Part shown: positions 27,179-36,838 of the stretch, in pieces
Layout of the letters: each line of letters starts with the position of its first letter
Position numbering within the stretch: the stretch's first letter is position 1
Origin: Kofleriaceae bacterium
GTDB lineage: Bacteria > Myxococcota_A > Polyangia > Haliangiales > Haliangiaceae
Assembly: GCA_965215005.1 (NCBI GenBank)
Contig: CBDCCZ010000033.1
Coordinates: 1 to 50,400, forward strand
Direction: 5' to 3'
Length of the DNA: 50,400 nt
Program-made: the position numbers and the translations under genes
Notes under the pieces: model-generated
The model's database searches: none
Seen by the model: only the letters and a program-made list of their open reading frames with translations
Told to the model about the DNA's origin: nothing

Positions 27179-27383
27179 GCCACGCGTTGCTGGCCGCGCG
27201 AGGTGGAGTGTCTGGAACAGCGCTCGCCGCCGCTGCGCTAGATGTCCGCGAGCGATCTCGGTCGCGTCGGACGCGAGCGCGCGGAGGATGCACTGGAGAG
27301 CTCGAGCTCCTATCGGGGGCTGTGGTCTCAGGGCAATTGCCACGCGCTCCAGCCGCGACGCGGGCTTGAGCGCATGAAGCGCG

Positions 27384-27399
27384 CGGCACGAGGTTTGCT
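27384..27399 (+). promoter_or_regulatory. sigma54 -24/-12 promoter
   Basis: CGGCACGAGGTTTGCT, one mismatch to TGGCACG-N4-TTGCW. Confidence 0.7.
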
Positions 27400-27411
27400 C
27401 TTCAGCGCCGC

Positions 27412-28053
27412 ATGCGTTTGCGACTCGCTGCACTGTTCTGCTCGACGCTTTTCTTCGCCGCATGCGACGTAGGAGGCACCGGCTCGGACATGGGGACCAA
27501 CGGGAACTCAGGCTCGGGTATGCAAGGAGGGGGTGCAGACGCGGGCGTTATCGATGATCCGGGCGACATGGGTGCCGCTGATTGCTTTTTGCCGGACTCG
27601 CTGGGCAACCTCGGTGCACTCGCCGGGGCGAGGGCGACACAGAAGAACCAACAGGGATCGATGGGCGCTCGCAAGGTCTATGACCTGATCGCGGACCTCA
27701 GCGCCGACCCAGACGTTCTTGACGTGCAGCTTCTCGACGAGCGTGGCGTCTTCGCCGGTCCCGTCGCGCCGGGCACCTACGAGATCACCGGCGCCGAGAC
27801 CAACTCCAAGACCTGCGGTGCATGCGTGTACGTGCTCGCCGACATCGTGCCGATGGTGGGCGCCAAGAAGTTCTATCTGGCGCAGAGCGGAACGCTGGTG
27901 GTCGACTCGATCACGCCCGAGCTCAGCGGCTCGCTGTCCAACGTCACTGTTCAGGAGATCGATCTCAACACCGGCGCGCCCGTGACCGGTGGCTGCACCG
28001 CGACCATCGAGGCGGCGACGTTCAGCGCGCCGCTCACGATCCAGGACCCGTAA
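27412..28053 (+). CDS. Lipoprotein of unknown function
   Basis: Signal plus lipobox FAAC, Gly-rich linker, beta-rich domain with TCGACV and YLAQSGTL.V. Confidence 0.82.
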   Translation: MRLRLAALFCSTLFFAACDVGGTGSDMGTNGNSGSGMQGGGADAGVIDDPGDMGAADCFLPDSLGNLGALAGARATQKNQQGSMGARKVYDLIADLSADPDVLDVQLLDERGVFAGPVAPGTYEITGAETNSKTCGACVYVLADIVPMVGAKKFYLAQSGTLVVDSITPELSGSLSNVTVQEIDLNTGAPVTGGCTATIEAATFSAPLTIQDP

Positions 28054-28058
28054 TCTGG

Positions 28059-28202
28059 TTTCAGCAGATTGCCGTAGCCGGCGGTCTGCTCCATTTTCAG
28101 CAGACTGCCGTAGCCGGCGGTCTGCTCCATTTTCAGCAGACCGCCGTAGCCGGCGGTCTGCTCCATTTTCAGCAGACCGCCGTAGCCGGCGGTCTGCTCC
28201 AT
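28059..28202. repeat. Tandem array of 4 x 36 bp palindromic units (REP-like)
   Basis: Unit TTTC-AGCAGAYYGCCG-TAGC-CGGCGGTCTGCT-CCAT at 28059, 28095, 28131 and 28167; 12-bp stem, 4-nt loop; no spacers. Confidence 0.92.
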
Positions 28203-28373
28203 TTTTCGGACGAATTCGAGGAGCTTGCTCGACGCCGCGGTGCTCCGCTGTGCGACCGCGGCCAAACCGTCGTACCCTTGCTGCATACGCTCTCGCTCAC
28301 GGCTCGGCTGCTCGTTGTGCGGCCCGACCTCGATAGTTGGCTTCGTGGGCGTTCCCATTGCTCCTCATCACGT

Positions 28374-29318
28374 ATGCGAATTGCCCACTGCTCCGATATC
28401 CATCTCCTCTCGCTCAAAGGCGTGCGTTGGCTCGACTGGGCCAGCAAGCGCTGGATTGGCGGGCTCAACCTCCTCACCAGCCGCAGCCGTCATTACGACG
28501 CGCGGGTGTTCGAGGCCATGGTCGAAGACTTCAACCGCACCGGCGTCGATCACGTCGTCTGCACGGGCGATGTCACCAACGTGGCGCTCGAGCCGGAATT
28601 TCGCTTTGCCTTCGACTTCTTCGAGCGCATCCAGATCGGCCCCAGCGAGGTCACCGTTATCCCGGGCAATCACGATGCCTACGTCGCGCGCGGCGGCGAG
28701 CTGTTCTCGCGCATCTTCGCCGCGTATCACCGAGGCGACGATGATTGGCAGTGGGAGGATGAGGACCCGTGGCCGGTGGTGCGGGTGCGGAATGGTGTGG
28801 CGATCATCGGGTTGTCAACGAGCTTGCAGACGCCGTGGTTCACCGCCTGGGGCCGCATTGGCACCAAGCAGCTCGAGCGCCTGCGCCGCGTGCTCTGCGA
28901 CCCACGACTCGCGGGGCATTATCGGCTGGTGTTGCTTCATCACCCGGCCGCGGGCCGTCGCGCGCGGCGTCGCAGTCGTGGGCTTCGTGACTGGCGCGCC
29001 TTTGGCGATCTCCTCGCCGAGGTTGGTGCCGACTTAGTGCTGCATGGCCATGAGCATCTGGACATGGCCGAGGCCGTGTCTGGTCCCGACGACGCCATCA
29101 TCCATGTTCTGGGAGTGCCCTCCGGCACATACGTCGGTGCGCCCGCGAGTCGGCAAGCGCGCTATCGCGTGCTCGAGATTGAGCCGCGCCAGGGTGTGCC
29201 CGCGCTCACCCGAAGTTGGCTACGAGCCTGGGATAGTCACGCAGAGGGCTTTGTCGACGATCGGCCGGCGGTCGCCGAGGCCTTAGAAGCGCGCGAACCT
29301 GCGGGGCTTTCTCGTTGA
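28374..29318 (+). CDS. Calcineurin-like metallophosphoesterase (CpdA/Icc-like)
   Basis: SDIH, GDVTN, GNHD, LHHP, HGHEH. Start reassigned to ATG 28374. Confidence 0.9.
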   Translation: MRIAHCSDIHLLSLKGVRWLDWASKRWIGGLNLLTSRSRHYDARVFEAMVEDFNRTGVDHVVCTGDVTNVALEPEFRFAFDFFERIQIGPSEVTVIPGNHDAYVARGGELFSRIFAAYHRGDDDWQWEDEDPWPVVRVRNGVAIIGLSTSLQTPWFTAWGRIGTKQLERLRRVLCDPRLAGHYRLVLLHHPAAGRRARRRSRGLRDWRAFGDLLAEVGADLVLHGHEHLDMAEAVSGPDDAIIHVLGVPSGTYVGAPASRQARYRVLEIEPRQGVPALTRSWLRAWDSHAEGFVDDRPAVAEALEAREPAGLSR

Positions 29319-29344
29319 CAGCTCTTCGTTCTTTCGGCTAACGC
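29315..29344 (+). promoter_or_regulatory. Putative sigma70-type promoter of the aminotransferase
   Basis: TTGACA-N18-TAACGC, overlapping the upstream stop codon. Confidence 0.35.
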
Positions 29345-29363
29345 TTCGTCTCCATTCTGCATC

Positions 29364-30728
29364 ATGACGCGCGACACCGTGACTAGCTCTCGGCCTTCCG
29401 CCGCTGCCGCTTCCCCACTCAGCACGGCCCAGGCAGACGATTACATCGCCCGGGACGAAGCGTATGTATTGCGCCCTTGGGGCGCCGTCGCAGGCGAGCC
29501 AGTGCCAGTCGTGAAGGCCGAAGGCTGCACCGTGGTGGATGCGTACGGCAAGCAGTACGTCGACTTCACGTCCGGGTACTTCGTCAACAACGCGGGCCAT
29601 TGCCATCCGCGCATCGTCGCCGCCGCGACCGACCAGCTGCACAAGGTCATGCAGGTCTCCGGCAAGCACACCAGCCTGCCGGTCATCGACCTCGCCGAGC
29701 GACTGGTCGAGCTGACACCGTCTTCGATCGACAAGGTCTTCTATTGCACGGGCGGCAGCGAGGCCAACGAGTTCGCCCTCAAGATGGCGCGGCAAAAGAC
29801 CGGCAAGACCGACGTCGCTTACTTAGAAAACGCCTACCACGGCCTCACGTTGGGCGCGCTCGAAGCCTGCGCGGCGCAGAAGTATCGCGATAGCGCTGGC
29901 GTGCCGCTGCCCGACCACACCTTCGAGGTGCCCACGCCGTATTGCTATCGTTGCCCCCATTCCGGCAAAGACTGCGCCACGCAGTGTCTCGATGAGACCG
30001 AGAAACGGCTCGATGCGCGGCCAAACACCGCTGCGATCCTGGCCGAGCCGGTGCAAGCGGTGGGCGGCATCATCCCGCCCAAGGCGTGGTGGGAGCGCCT
30101 CGACAGTATGCGCCGCCGCCGCGGTTTGTTGCTCATTCTCGATGAAGTGCAAACCGGCCTCGGTCGCACCGGCGCCATGTTTGCCGCTGAGCATTATCAG
30201 CTCGAGCCGGATATCCTCACCGCTGGCAAAGGCCTCTCCGGCGGCGTCGGCTCGCTGGCGGTGGCAATGTGCTCGCGCGACGTGGGCGAGAAGTTCTTTG
30301 GCGGCACCACGCCGACCTCGGGTGGCAACGCCATCTCGGCGGCTGCGGGGCTGGCGCTGATTGAAACGCTGCTCGCCGAAGATCTCGTTGCCAACGCCGC
30401 CCGCATGGGTGAGCACTTCAGCGAGTCGCTTTGGGCGCTCGATGATCCATGGATCGGCGACGTGCGGTTTCTCGGGCTGCTCGGTGGCGTCGAGCTCGTG
30501 AGCGATCGCGCTGCTAAGACCATCCTGCCCAAGGATGCCGTCACCGCCATCAAAGATGCGTTGCACGAAGCGGGCATGCTGATCACCGTGAGCGGGCTAC
30601 ACGGCAACGTCTTGCGCTTGCAACCGCCGCTGTGCATCGACTCGACTCAGCTCGACGACTTCGTCGAGGTATTGGCTGCCTCGCTGCGCTCGGTCCGCGC
30701 TACGTTCCAGAGCTTGCAGCATCGTTGA
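29364..30728 (+). CDS. Class III PLP-dependent aminotransferase-family enzyme
   Basis: AEG..V.D..G..Y.D, GH.HP, GSEANE, YHG.T, PYCYRCP, EPVQ..GG, DEVQTG.GRTG, PDILTAGKGL (PLP Lys), LRLQPPL. Confidence 0.93.
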   Translation: MTRDTVTSSRPSAAAASPLSTAQADDYIARDEAYVLRPWGAVAGEPVPVVKAEGCTVVDAYGKQYVDFTSGYFVNNAGHCHPRIVAAATDQLHKVMQVSGKHTSLPVIDLAERLVELTPSSIDKVFYCTGGSEANEFALKMARQKTGKTDVAYLENAYHGLTLGALEACAAQKYRDSAGVPLPDHTFEVPTPYCYRCPHSGKDCATQCLDETEKRLDARPNTAAILAEPVQAVGGIIPPKAWWERLDSMRRRRGLLLILDEVQTGLGRTGAMFAAEHYQLEPDILTAGKGLSGGVGSLAVAMCSRDVGEKFFGGTTPTSGGNAISAAAGLALIETLLAEDLVANAARMGEHFSESLWALDDPWIGDVRFLGLLGGVELVSDRAAKTILPKDAVTAIKDALHEAGMLITVSGLHGNVLRLQPPLCIDSTQLDDFVEVLAASLRSVRATFQSLQHR

Positions 30729-30908
30729 TGCCTCAGCGGAGACCAGCCGCTAGCAGCTCATGATGGCGCGGCAGACCATTTTGGACGAGATTGCAATGGA
30801 TAGAGAACGCCAACGCCAGAGTCTCCGCCACCGTCGTCTCGCGCCGTGGCGGGCGAGATTCGGCCCGCGTTCTTCTATCCCAGGGAACTAGCATCGGAGG
30901 CGCTCTGG

Positions 30909-31601
30909 ATGAACCTCTTCGCGATTCGTAAGCAGCTCGACAAGCTCCTGCATCCCGTCGTTTCTGCGGTCGCGCGGCTGCCCATCAACGCCAATCAATG
31001 GACTCTGCTCGGCGCCTTCGTCGGGCTGGCGTGCGGCGTCGCATTTCTTTATCGCGCATGGTGGCCGGGCCTGGGCCTTCTTCTGGCGCGCGGTCTCATC
31101 GATCATATCGATGGGTTCAAAGCGCGAAATTTCAATCAGCGCTCGACGTTCGGCGCCGTCATGGACGACGTCTCGGATCGCTGGGTGCTCGGCATCATTT
31201 ACGCTGGCGGGTGCTTGAGCCTTGCCAGCGACTATCCGCACATCCTCATCGTCCTCGGCTTTGGTATCACCGGCTCGCTGTCCAACGTGATCATCAAGCT
31301 GTCGATCTATGCCGAGTCGCAGCAGGACATCTTCCGCGAGCAGGGCAAGATGGGCCACCCGGTGGATGTCGTGGGCCTCTTTGGCTCTGCCGAGTTCATC
31401 CTCTATTTCGGCAGCGGCGTTCTCGTGGCCGCGGTGCTCGACGATCCGCGGCCGATGCTGGCGGGTTGCTGGGCGGTCGCCATCATGTCGCACGTTTCGC
31501 TGTTGCAGCGGGTGGCGTTTGCCTGGAAGCGCTATCGTAAGGTCGACCCAGCCGCGCTGATCGCCGAGAGTGGCGAGGGCGAGGCGGCTAACTTCCCTTG
31601 A
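30909..31601 (+). CDS. CDP-alcohol phosphotransferase 1
   Basis: ANQWT, DHIDGFKAR-x8-GAVMDDVSD signature, multiple TM segments; GGAGG RBS before ATG 30909. Confidence 0.9.
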   Translation: MNLFAIRKQLDKLLHPVVSAVARLPINANQWTLLGAFVGLACGVAFLYRAWWPGLGLLLARGLIDHIDGFKARNFNQRSTFGAVMDDVSDRWVLGIIYAGGCLSLASDYPHILIVLGFGITGSLSNVIIKLSIYAESQQDIFREQGKMGHPVDVVGLFGSAEFILYFGSGVLVAAVLDDPRPMLAGCWAVAIMSHVSLLQRVAFAWKRYRKVDPAALIAESGEGEAANFP

Positions 31602-31635
31602 CACGCTCGGCGTGCCCACCGACCCTCCTTGCGCT

Positions 31636-32166
31636 GTGAGCTCCGTCGTCAATCCAGCCAACGCGATCACTGCGTCGCGATTCCTGATGCTGCCGTTCTT
31701 CTATGGTTACTACCAAGACGGCGACTATCAGCTCGCAGCGCTCGTTGTTGTCGCTTGCGCCATGGCCGACGTCATCGACGGTAAGGTCGCAAAGCTGCTC
31801 GGTTGCACCAGTGCCTTTGGTGAGATGTTCGACGCCATTGCCGATGCGGTGTGCTACGGCTTCTTCCTCTTGGTGCTGTTGATGACGGGGGCGGTGCCGT
31901 GGGCCGCGGTCGTCATCATCCTCGGCGTCGGCGTCGTCAACACCGCCATGCGTGCCGTGTATGCGCGCCGCGCCAAACGAGCCACTAACTACCGCTCTTT
32001 TGCAATGGAGCGCATGGTTGCCTACGCGGCGTACCTCTGCGGCTTTGGTGTCGTTGGGTATGAAGTCGACTTTTTCTACTGGGGCTGCGCCGTGCTCATG
32101 CTCGTGGTGCTCGCCCACGATAGCAAGCGCATGCTTCTAGACCCCATACCCCCGGCGGCCGCTTGA
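31636..32166 (+). CDS. CDP-alcohol phosphotransferase 2 (PgsA-like)
   Basis: NPANAITASR, DVIDGKVAK-x8-GEMFDAIAD. Start GTG 31636 chosen. Confidence 0.88.
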   Translation: MSSVVNPANAITASRFLMLPFFYGYYQDGDYQLAALVVVACAMADVIDGKVAKLLGCTSAFGEMFDAIADAVCYGFFLLVLLMTGAVPWAAVVIILGVGVVNTAMRAVYARRAKRATNYRSFAMERMVAYAAYLCGFGVVGYEVDFFYWGCAVLMLVVLAHDSKRMLLDPIPPAAA

Positions 32167-32375
32167 TCGTCTCTCACGACAGCTTCATGACGATCGTGAG
32201 CGTGCTCGCCATCAGCGTTTCCGCGGTGTGGTTCCTTCTCGATCTGCTGCGACTCGTGCGCGACCTGCGCCGTGAGCGCACCCCGAGGTGGCGCGACCTG
32301 ATGTTTGGCTATCTCATCGGCATGACCTGCGGCGTCATCGGCATCATCGGCGTATATCGCTATTACCTCGGTTGA
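32163..32375 (+). CDS. Small two-TM membrane protein
   Basis: Two hydrophobic helices with an Arg-rich loop; overlaps the upstream stop (TTGA). Confidence 0.7.
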   Translation: MIVSHDSFMTIVSVLAISVSAVWFLLDLLRLVRDLRRERTPRWRDLMFGYLIGMTCGVIGIIGVYRYYLG

Positions 32376-32445
32376 TCCCAGCCCTCATGCAATCCGCATC
32401 CGCCCACAGACATGCCGGCAGCGCGCGGCGGCGCTGCTCGAGGCG

Positions 32446-33303
32446 TCACGCGCCGCGTTCCTCGTGCTCGCCGACCTCCACGGCGTCGCCCTCGCGCAGG
32501 ATGTGCACAGGGCCATCGGACGGTGCTACAGGTGCCGACAAGAGCGGGCGGCCTGCGTGATCGAGAACCACCTGCCCGCCGTGCTCGAGCACCGCGACCA
32601 CATCTTCCATCTGTCGCGTGCGCGCCAGTGCTTCGAGTCGCCGGCGCGGCATGTTGGCGGGGCCCAGGCGCAGGTTGAGAGTTCCCCAGTGGACCGGAAT
32701 CATGCGGCGAGCGCCCAGTCGCTCGAAGATGTGCAGCGCCGTGTCGGGGTCGATATGCACGCCCTGATCGATCGACCGCTGGCGGAGGCGGTAGTACCAG
32801 ACCGGCAACATGCCGCCGATGGGCAAGAGCGTGGCGTCCAAGTCGAAGCGCTTGCCGATGTCGTCAAAGACTTCATACGTGGACATGTCGACGTCCCCCG
32901 CGTGATGAATCGCAACGCCGGCGCGGTGCACCACGTAGCCCGTGCAGCTCGGGCCATCGCCTTTGCGCCAGCGCCCGGGATCGTGCTTGGTCGGCACGCT
33001 GATCACGTCCAATCCCGCGACCGACAGCGCATCTCCTGGCTCGACCTCAGTGACGCTGCGAAAGCCGAGGTCGGCGACCAGGCCCGCGGCGCCGCGCGGT
33101 ACCACCAGCTCGGCTTCGCGGTCGAGGGTGGCGAGGGTCCAGCGGCTGAGGTGATCGATGTGCGCGTGGGTGATGAGCACCGCTCGATACCGCGGCAGCG
33201 CGCGGCAGCGACGGCGCCCGAGTGGGTCGACGAGCACGCGCTCGCCGTCGAGGTCCAAAAGGGCGCTGGCGTGGCCGATCCAAGTAACGCGGGCAGAGGT
33301 CAC
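32446..33303 (-). CDS. MBL-fold metallo-hydrolase, NAPE-PLD/RomA-like
   Basis: VTWIGHAS, LVDP, THAHIDH, HAGD, LLPIG, HIDP..A, IPVHWGT. Start GTG 33303. Confidence 0.88.
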   Translation of the reverse strand: MTSARVTWIGHASALLDLDGERVLVDPLGRRRCRALPRYRAVLITHAHIDHLSRWTLATLDREAELVVPRGAAGLVADLGFRSVTEVEPGDALSVAGLDVISVPTKHDPGRWRKGDGPSCTGYVVHRAGVAIHHAGDVDMSTYEVFDDIGKRFDLDATLLPIGGMLPVWYYRLRQRSIDQGVHIDPDTALHIFERLGARRMIPVHWGTLNLRLGPANMPRRRLEALARTRQMEDVVAVLEHGGQVVLDHAGRPLLSAPVAPSDGPVHILREGDAVEVGEHEERGA

Positions 33304-33425
33304 GGCCGCCAGAGTAGCTCGAACCCGACGCAGGCGCTGGGCGCGATTGCGGCGGTTGCTGCCGACGCTGCGAGCACGCCCGCGCCGCGGGTTGCCGCGG
33401 CCTTCGTTGCGCCGCGAGGTCGGCA

Positions 33426-34058
33426 ATGGTGACCTACTTCTTCATTGGCGCGATCATTGGCGCGCTCACGGGTGTTCCCATCGGCCCGGTCAACGTCGCG
33501 GTGATCGATACGGCGTACCGCCACACGATTCGCCGCGCCATCGCTGTGGGCGCTGGGGGCGCCCTGGCCGATGGCATCTACGCCTTGGTGGGCGTGCTCG
33601 GCGTTGGCCCCATCCTCGAGCAGCATCCGGCCATTCCGCCGATTCTCTATGGCGTGAGCGGGGTGGTGCTGATCATCTATGGCGTGGTCACAGTGCGTAC
33701 TCGTCCGGCGGCGGCAGTCGGTGAGGTCAAGTCGCGCGCGCCGGACCCGTCGTCGAACATATGGTCGGGGTTCTTGCTCGGGGTCGCGCTGATCATCCTC
33801 AACCCCGCGGCTATCGTCACCTGGGTCGTGATCGTCGGCTCGTTCATGACGGATCTCACCGCGGTAGAAGGCATCGCCGCCAGTATCGGAGTGGCCGTCG
33901 GGTCATTTACGTGGTTCACCACCGTCGCTTACCTCGCCAACCACGGTCAGAAGCTTCTCGGCGAGAAAGCCATCTGGATCACCCGCGTGGTCGGCATGTT
34001 GCTGGTCGGCTACGGAATCTTCTCTATTGGCCGCGCTGCCTACTTGTGGTTCTGGTAG
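33426..34058 (+). CDS. LysE-family translocator
   Basis: PIGPVNV, G.GGALADG.Y, GF...ILNP...W, about six TM segments. Confidence 0.88.
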   Translation: MVTYFFIGAIIGALTGVPIGPVNVAVIDTAYRHTIRRAIAVGAGGALADGIYALVGVLGVGPILEQHPAIPPILYGVSGVVLIIYGVVTVRTRPAAAVGEVKSRAPDPSSNIWSGFLLGVALIILNPAAIVTWVVIVGSFMTDLTAVEGIAASIGVAVGSFTWFTTVAYLANHGQKLLGEKAIWITRVVGMLLVGYGIFSIGRAAYLWFW

Positions 34059-34068
34059 CTCCTCGCAC

Positions 34069-34719
34069 TCAGTTCGTGCCTTCGAGCGCACTCAAGAGCT
34101 CGCCCAGCGCCTCCTCCACCCGCACCGCGACCTGGTGCGGCACCGGAAGGTCGGGCTCGGCGATGAGGCCCGCGAGCCGTCGCGCAGCGGCAATTGCCTG
34201 ACTGCGTAGCTTGTCGCGTTGCTCGCGCTCATCGATTGGAAACGCGACGTTCTTGAAGCGTCGCGACAGCAGCGGCGCGTCTCCGCCTTCCTCGAAGGCA
34301 ACCCGCTTGATCTCTGCCATCGTGTCTTCGTCGGCGGCGCCGCGCTCGCTCGCACGTGCCACGAAGTCGACGGCGCGCATGCTCGGCACCGGCGCCGAAG
34401 GCTCTTGGCGAGCGCGCTCGATCACCATCGGAGCGGCGCTCTCGAGGAAGCGAAACGAACCGAGCAGCTTCGCCACGGTACCGGCCTTGAGGTGCAGCTC
34501 CTTGCGGCAATAGGCCTCGAAGCTCTCGTGCTCCCAACGCTGCCACAATTCCCTGTTGTGAACGCTGGTGAGCGCTTCGCCGAGCTCGATCCACGTGCGC
34601 TTGAACGCCCGCGCCTTTTGCAGCACAGCAACCCGCTCGGGGTCGCCGGCGACCGCCAGCATCTTGTCTTCGAGAGCCCGGTCGGTCTTGGTGAAGATTT
34701 TCGACGACTGCGGAGGCAT
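34069..34719 (-). CDS. Hypothetical helical protein (DUF3102-like motif)
   Basis: WIELGEAL..V....LW..W...SFEAYC.KEL. Start ATG 34719 chosen from the -10 spacing. Confidence 0.7.
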   Translation of the reverse strand: MPPQSSKIFTKTDRALEDKMLAVAGDPERVAVLQKARAFKRTWIELGEALTSVHNRELWQRWEHESFEAYCRKELHLKAGTVAKLLGSFRFLESAAPMVIERARQEPSAPVPSMRAVDFVARASERGAADEDTMAEIKRVAFEEGGDAPLLSRRFKNVAFPIDEREQRDKLRSQAIAAARRLAGLIAEPDLPVPHQVAVRVEEALGELLSALEGTN

Positions 34720-34955
34720 GCGACCCATCCTACTGACCGCCGTGACATCGATGAGCCGTCACGCGAACGTCATCAACCGCTTTGAAAACGACTTCCAGTC
34801 GGCGAGGTTGCAGTGATCCAAGCCACGCTTCGGTGGCGGCAACTCCGGCGCTCGGCAACCACGCCTCGATAGCAGGCGCCGATGTCGGTGTGAACCCTAG
34901 CCCATTGGGCGTCATCCTTGTGCAAAGCCGCCATAGAGGTCCATACTTGAGCCGC

Positions 34956-36788
34956 ATGAGCTCAGATGACGCGCGTCACCCGACGCTGGCTAGAGCGCCA
35001 ACCGCCGCTTCGGTGCCTGGCGCGGATCCGGCGGCGTCGAGCCATTCGGTGCAGCCGGATCCGATGCTTGGCGAGACCATCGAACGCTACCGCATCGTGC
35101 GCAAGCTGGGCGAAGGCGGAATGGGCTCGGTGTATGCCGCCGAGCATACGCACATCAACAAGCAGGTCGCGATCAAACTCTTGCGCCCGGAGATCTCGGG
35201 CAACAAAGAAGCCCTCGACCGCTTCGCTCGTGAAGCTCGATCGGCCTCGGAAATCGGCCACAAGAACATCATCGGCATCGAGGACTTCGGCACCCTCAAA
35301 GACGGCCGCATCTTCCTGTTCATGGAGCTCCTCGACGGCGCTCCGCTCAACGAGCTGCTCGATCAAGGGGGGCTGTCGCTCGACCGGCTGCTCAACATCC
35401 TCATCCAGACGGGCCATGGGCTGGCCGCCGCACACGCCAAGGGTATCGTTCACCGGGATATGAAGCCCGAGAACATCTTCGTTACTTACGATGAGCATGG
35501 AGCCGACGTTCCCAAGTTGCTCGACTTCGGCATCGCCAAGGTCTCGGGCCAGGATGGCCAGAACAACCTCACGCGCACCGGCACGATCTTCGGGACGCCG
35601 TTCTACATGGCACCGGAGCAGGCTCTAGGGCAGTCCGTCGACTATCGCGCCGACATCTACGCGATGGGCGTCATCCTCTATGAGTGCTTCACTGGCTCGG
35701 TGCCGTTTCAGGGGGAGTCCTTCATGGGCATCCTCACCCAGCACATCACCGCCGAGCCCGAGGATGTCGAGCGTCGCGCTGCTGCCACCGGTCGCACGGT
35801 GCCGGCGGGAATTGCCGAGATCATCCGCCGCGCGATGAAGAAGGAGCCCTCCGAGCGCTTCGTGTCGATGGACGAGATGGTGCAGGCGTTGGTGCGGGTA
35901 TATCGCGGGATGGCGGGGGCGGGCATGAGCTCGTACATGGCGGCGCACGTGCCCGCCAGCTTCGGCGGACCCTCGCGTGGGTTTCCGCAGATGCCAACGC
36001 CCTTGCCACACGTGCCGACGGCCTCGATTCCGACGCCAATGCCTTACGCGGCGAGCACGCATCCGCCCGCGGCGACGCCGCATCCCGCGGCGGCGCCGTA
36101 TCCGGACGACAGCTACTTCGAGTTGCCGCAAAAGCGCAGCTCGGGGGCTATTTGGCTGGTACTGCTGGTGTTGCTAGCTGCGGGAGGCGTGGGCGGCTAC
36201 GTGCTTTGGGGGCGCAACGCCGCGTCGATCGCGACAACTGATGCCGCTGACGGCGGCGGGATTCAGCGCGTCGACTATGGAACCCGCGATCCGTCGGTGG
36301 TGACGCCGCCGGTCGATGACAGCGCAGAGGACGTGGCGCAAAAACCGCCGACCGAGGAGGTCGAGGAGCCGGATACGGTCCCGCTCGAGGAGCCGGTCGT
36401 GAAAACCCCACCTCCCGAGGATGAGGACGTGACGCCCGAGCTGGCGCCAGTGACGGTCCTCGTGGCGTCGGTGCCGCCTCGAGCCGTGGTGTATCGCGAG
36501 GGCAAGCGCTTGGACCGCACGCCTACCAACGTCAAGGTCGTGCCAGGGGAATCGGTCACGCTGGTGCTGCGGCGGCCCGGCTGGCACGACGAGGAGGTCG
36601 TGATCGATGGCTCGAGCCGCAAGCTGTCCGTGCGGCTGACGCGTCACCGCCGCGACCCGCCTCCGCGCACCCAGCCGCCCAAGGCCGATCCCGTTGGCGG
36701 CGAGGTGGCCGACGATCCAGTCCCGCAGCCCGAGGAGCCGGCGGACGAGGAGCCCGAACCGTACGATCCGGCCAGCGAGCTCGAATAG
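34956..36788 (+). CDS. Transmembrane Ser/Thr kinase with extracellular PEGA-like domain
   Basis: [39 protein letters not shown] helix; SVPPRA.VY..G....RTP. Start ATG 34956. Confidence 0.93.
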   Translation: MSSDDARHPTLARAPTAASVPGADPAASSHSVQPDPMLGETIERYRIVRKLGEGGMGSVYAAEHTHINKQVAIKLLRPEISGNKEALDRFAREARSASEIGHKNIIGIEDFGTLKDGRIFLFMELLDGAPLNELLDQGGLSLDRLLNILIQTGHGLAAAHAKGIVHRDMKPENIFVTYDEHGADVPKLLDFGIAKVSGQDGQNNLTRTGTIFGTPFYMAPEQALGQSVDYRADIYAMGVILYECFTGSVPFQGESFMGILTQHITAEPEDVERRAAATGRTVPAGIAEIIRRAMKKEPSERFVSMDEMVQALVRVYRGMAGAGMSSYMAAHVPASFGGPSRGFPQMPTPLPHVPTASIPTPMPYAASTHPPAATPHPAAAPYPDDSYFELPQKRSSGAIWLVLLVLLAAGGVGGYVLWGRNAASIATTDAADGGGIQRVDYGTRDPSVVTPPVDDSAEDVAQKPPTEEVEEPDTVPLEEPVVKTPPPEDEDVTPELAPVTVLVASVPPRAVVYREGKRLDRTPTNVKVVPGESVTLVLRRPGWHDEEVVIDGSSRKLSVRLTRHRRDPPPRTQPPKADPVGGEVADDPVPQPEEPADEEPEPYDPASELE

Positions 36789-36838
36789 CGCGACGTTGAT
36801 CATGGCGCCAGGCGCGCGCACATCGGACATTGTCGGCG

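Noticed and set aside
28059..28202. CRISPR array (36-bp palindromic repeats)
   Set aside because: Units abut with no unique spacers and there are no cas genes in the window.
27822..28373. N-terminal extension of the phosphoesterase with FQQTAVAGGLLH repeats
   Set aside because: It is the translation of the DNA hairpin array and overlaps the lipoprotein gene; the domain begins at ATG 28374.
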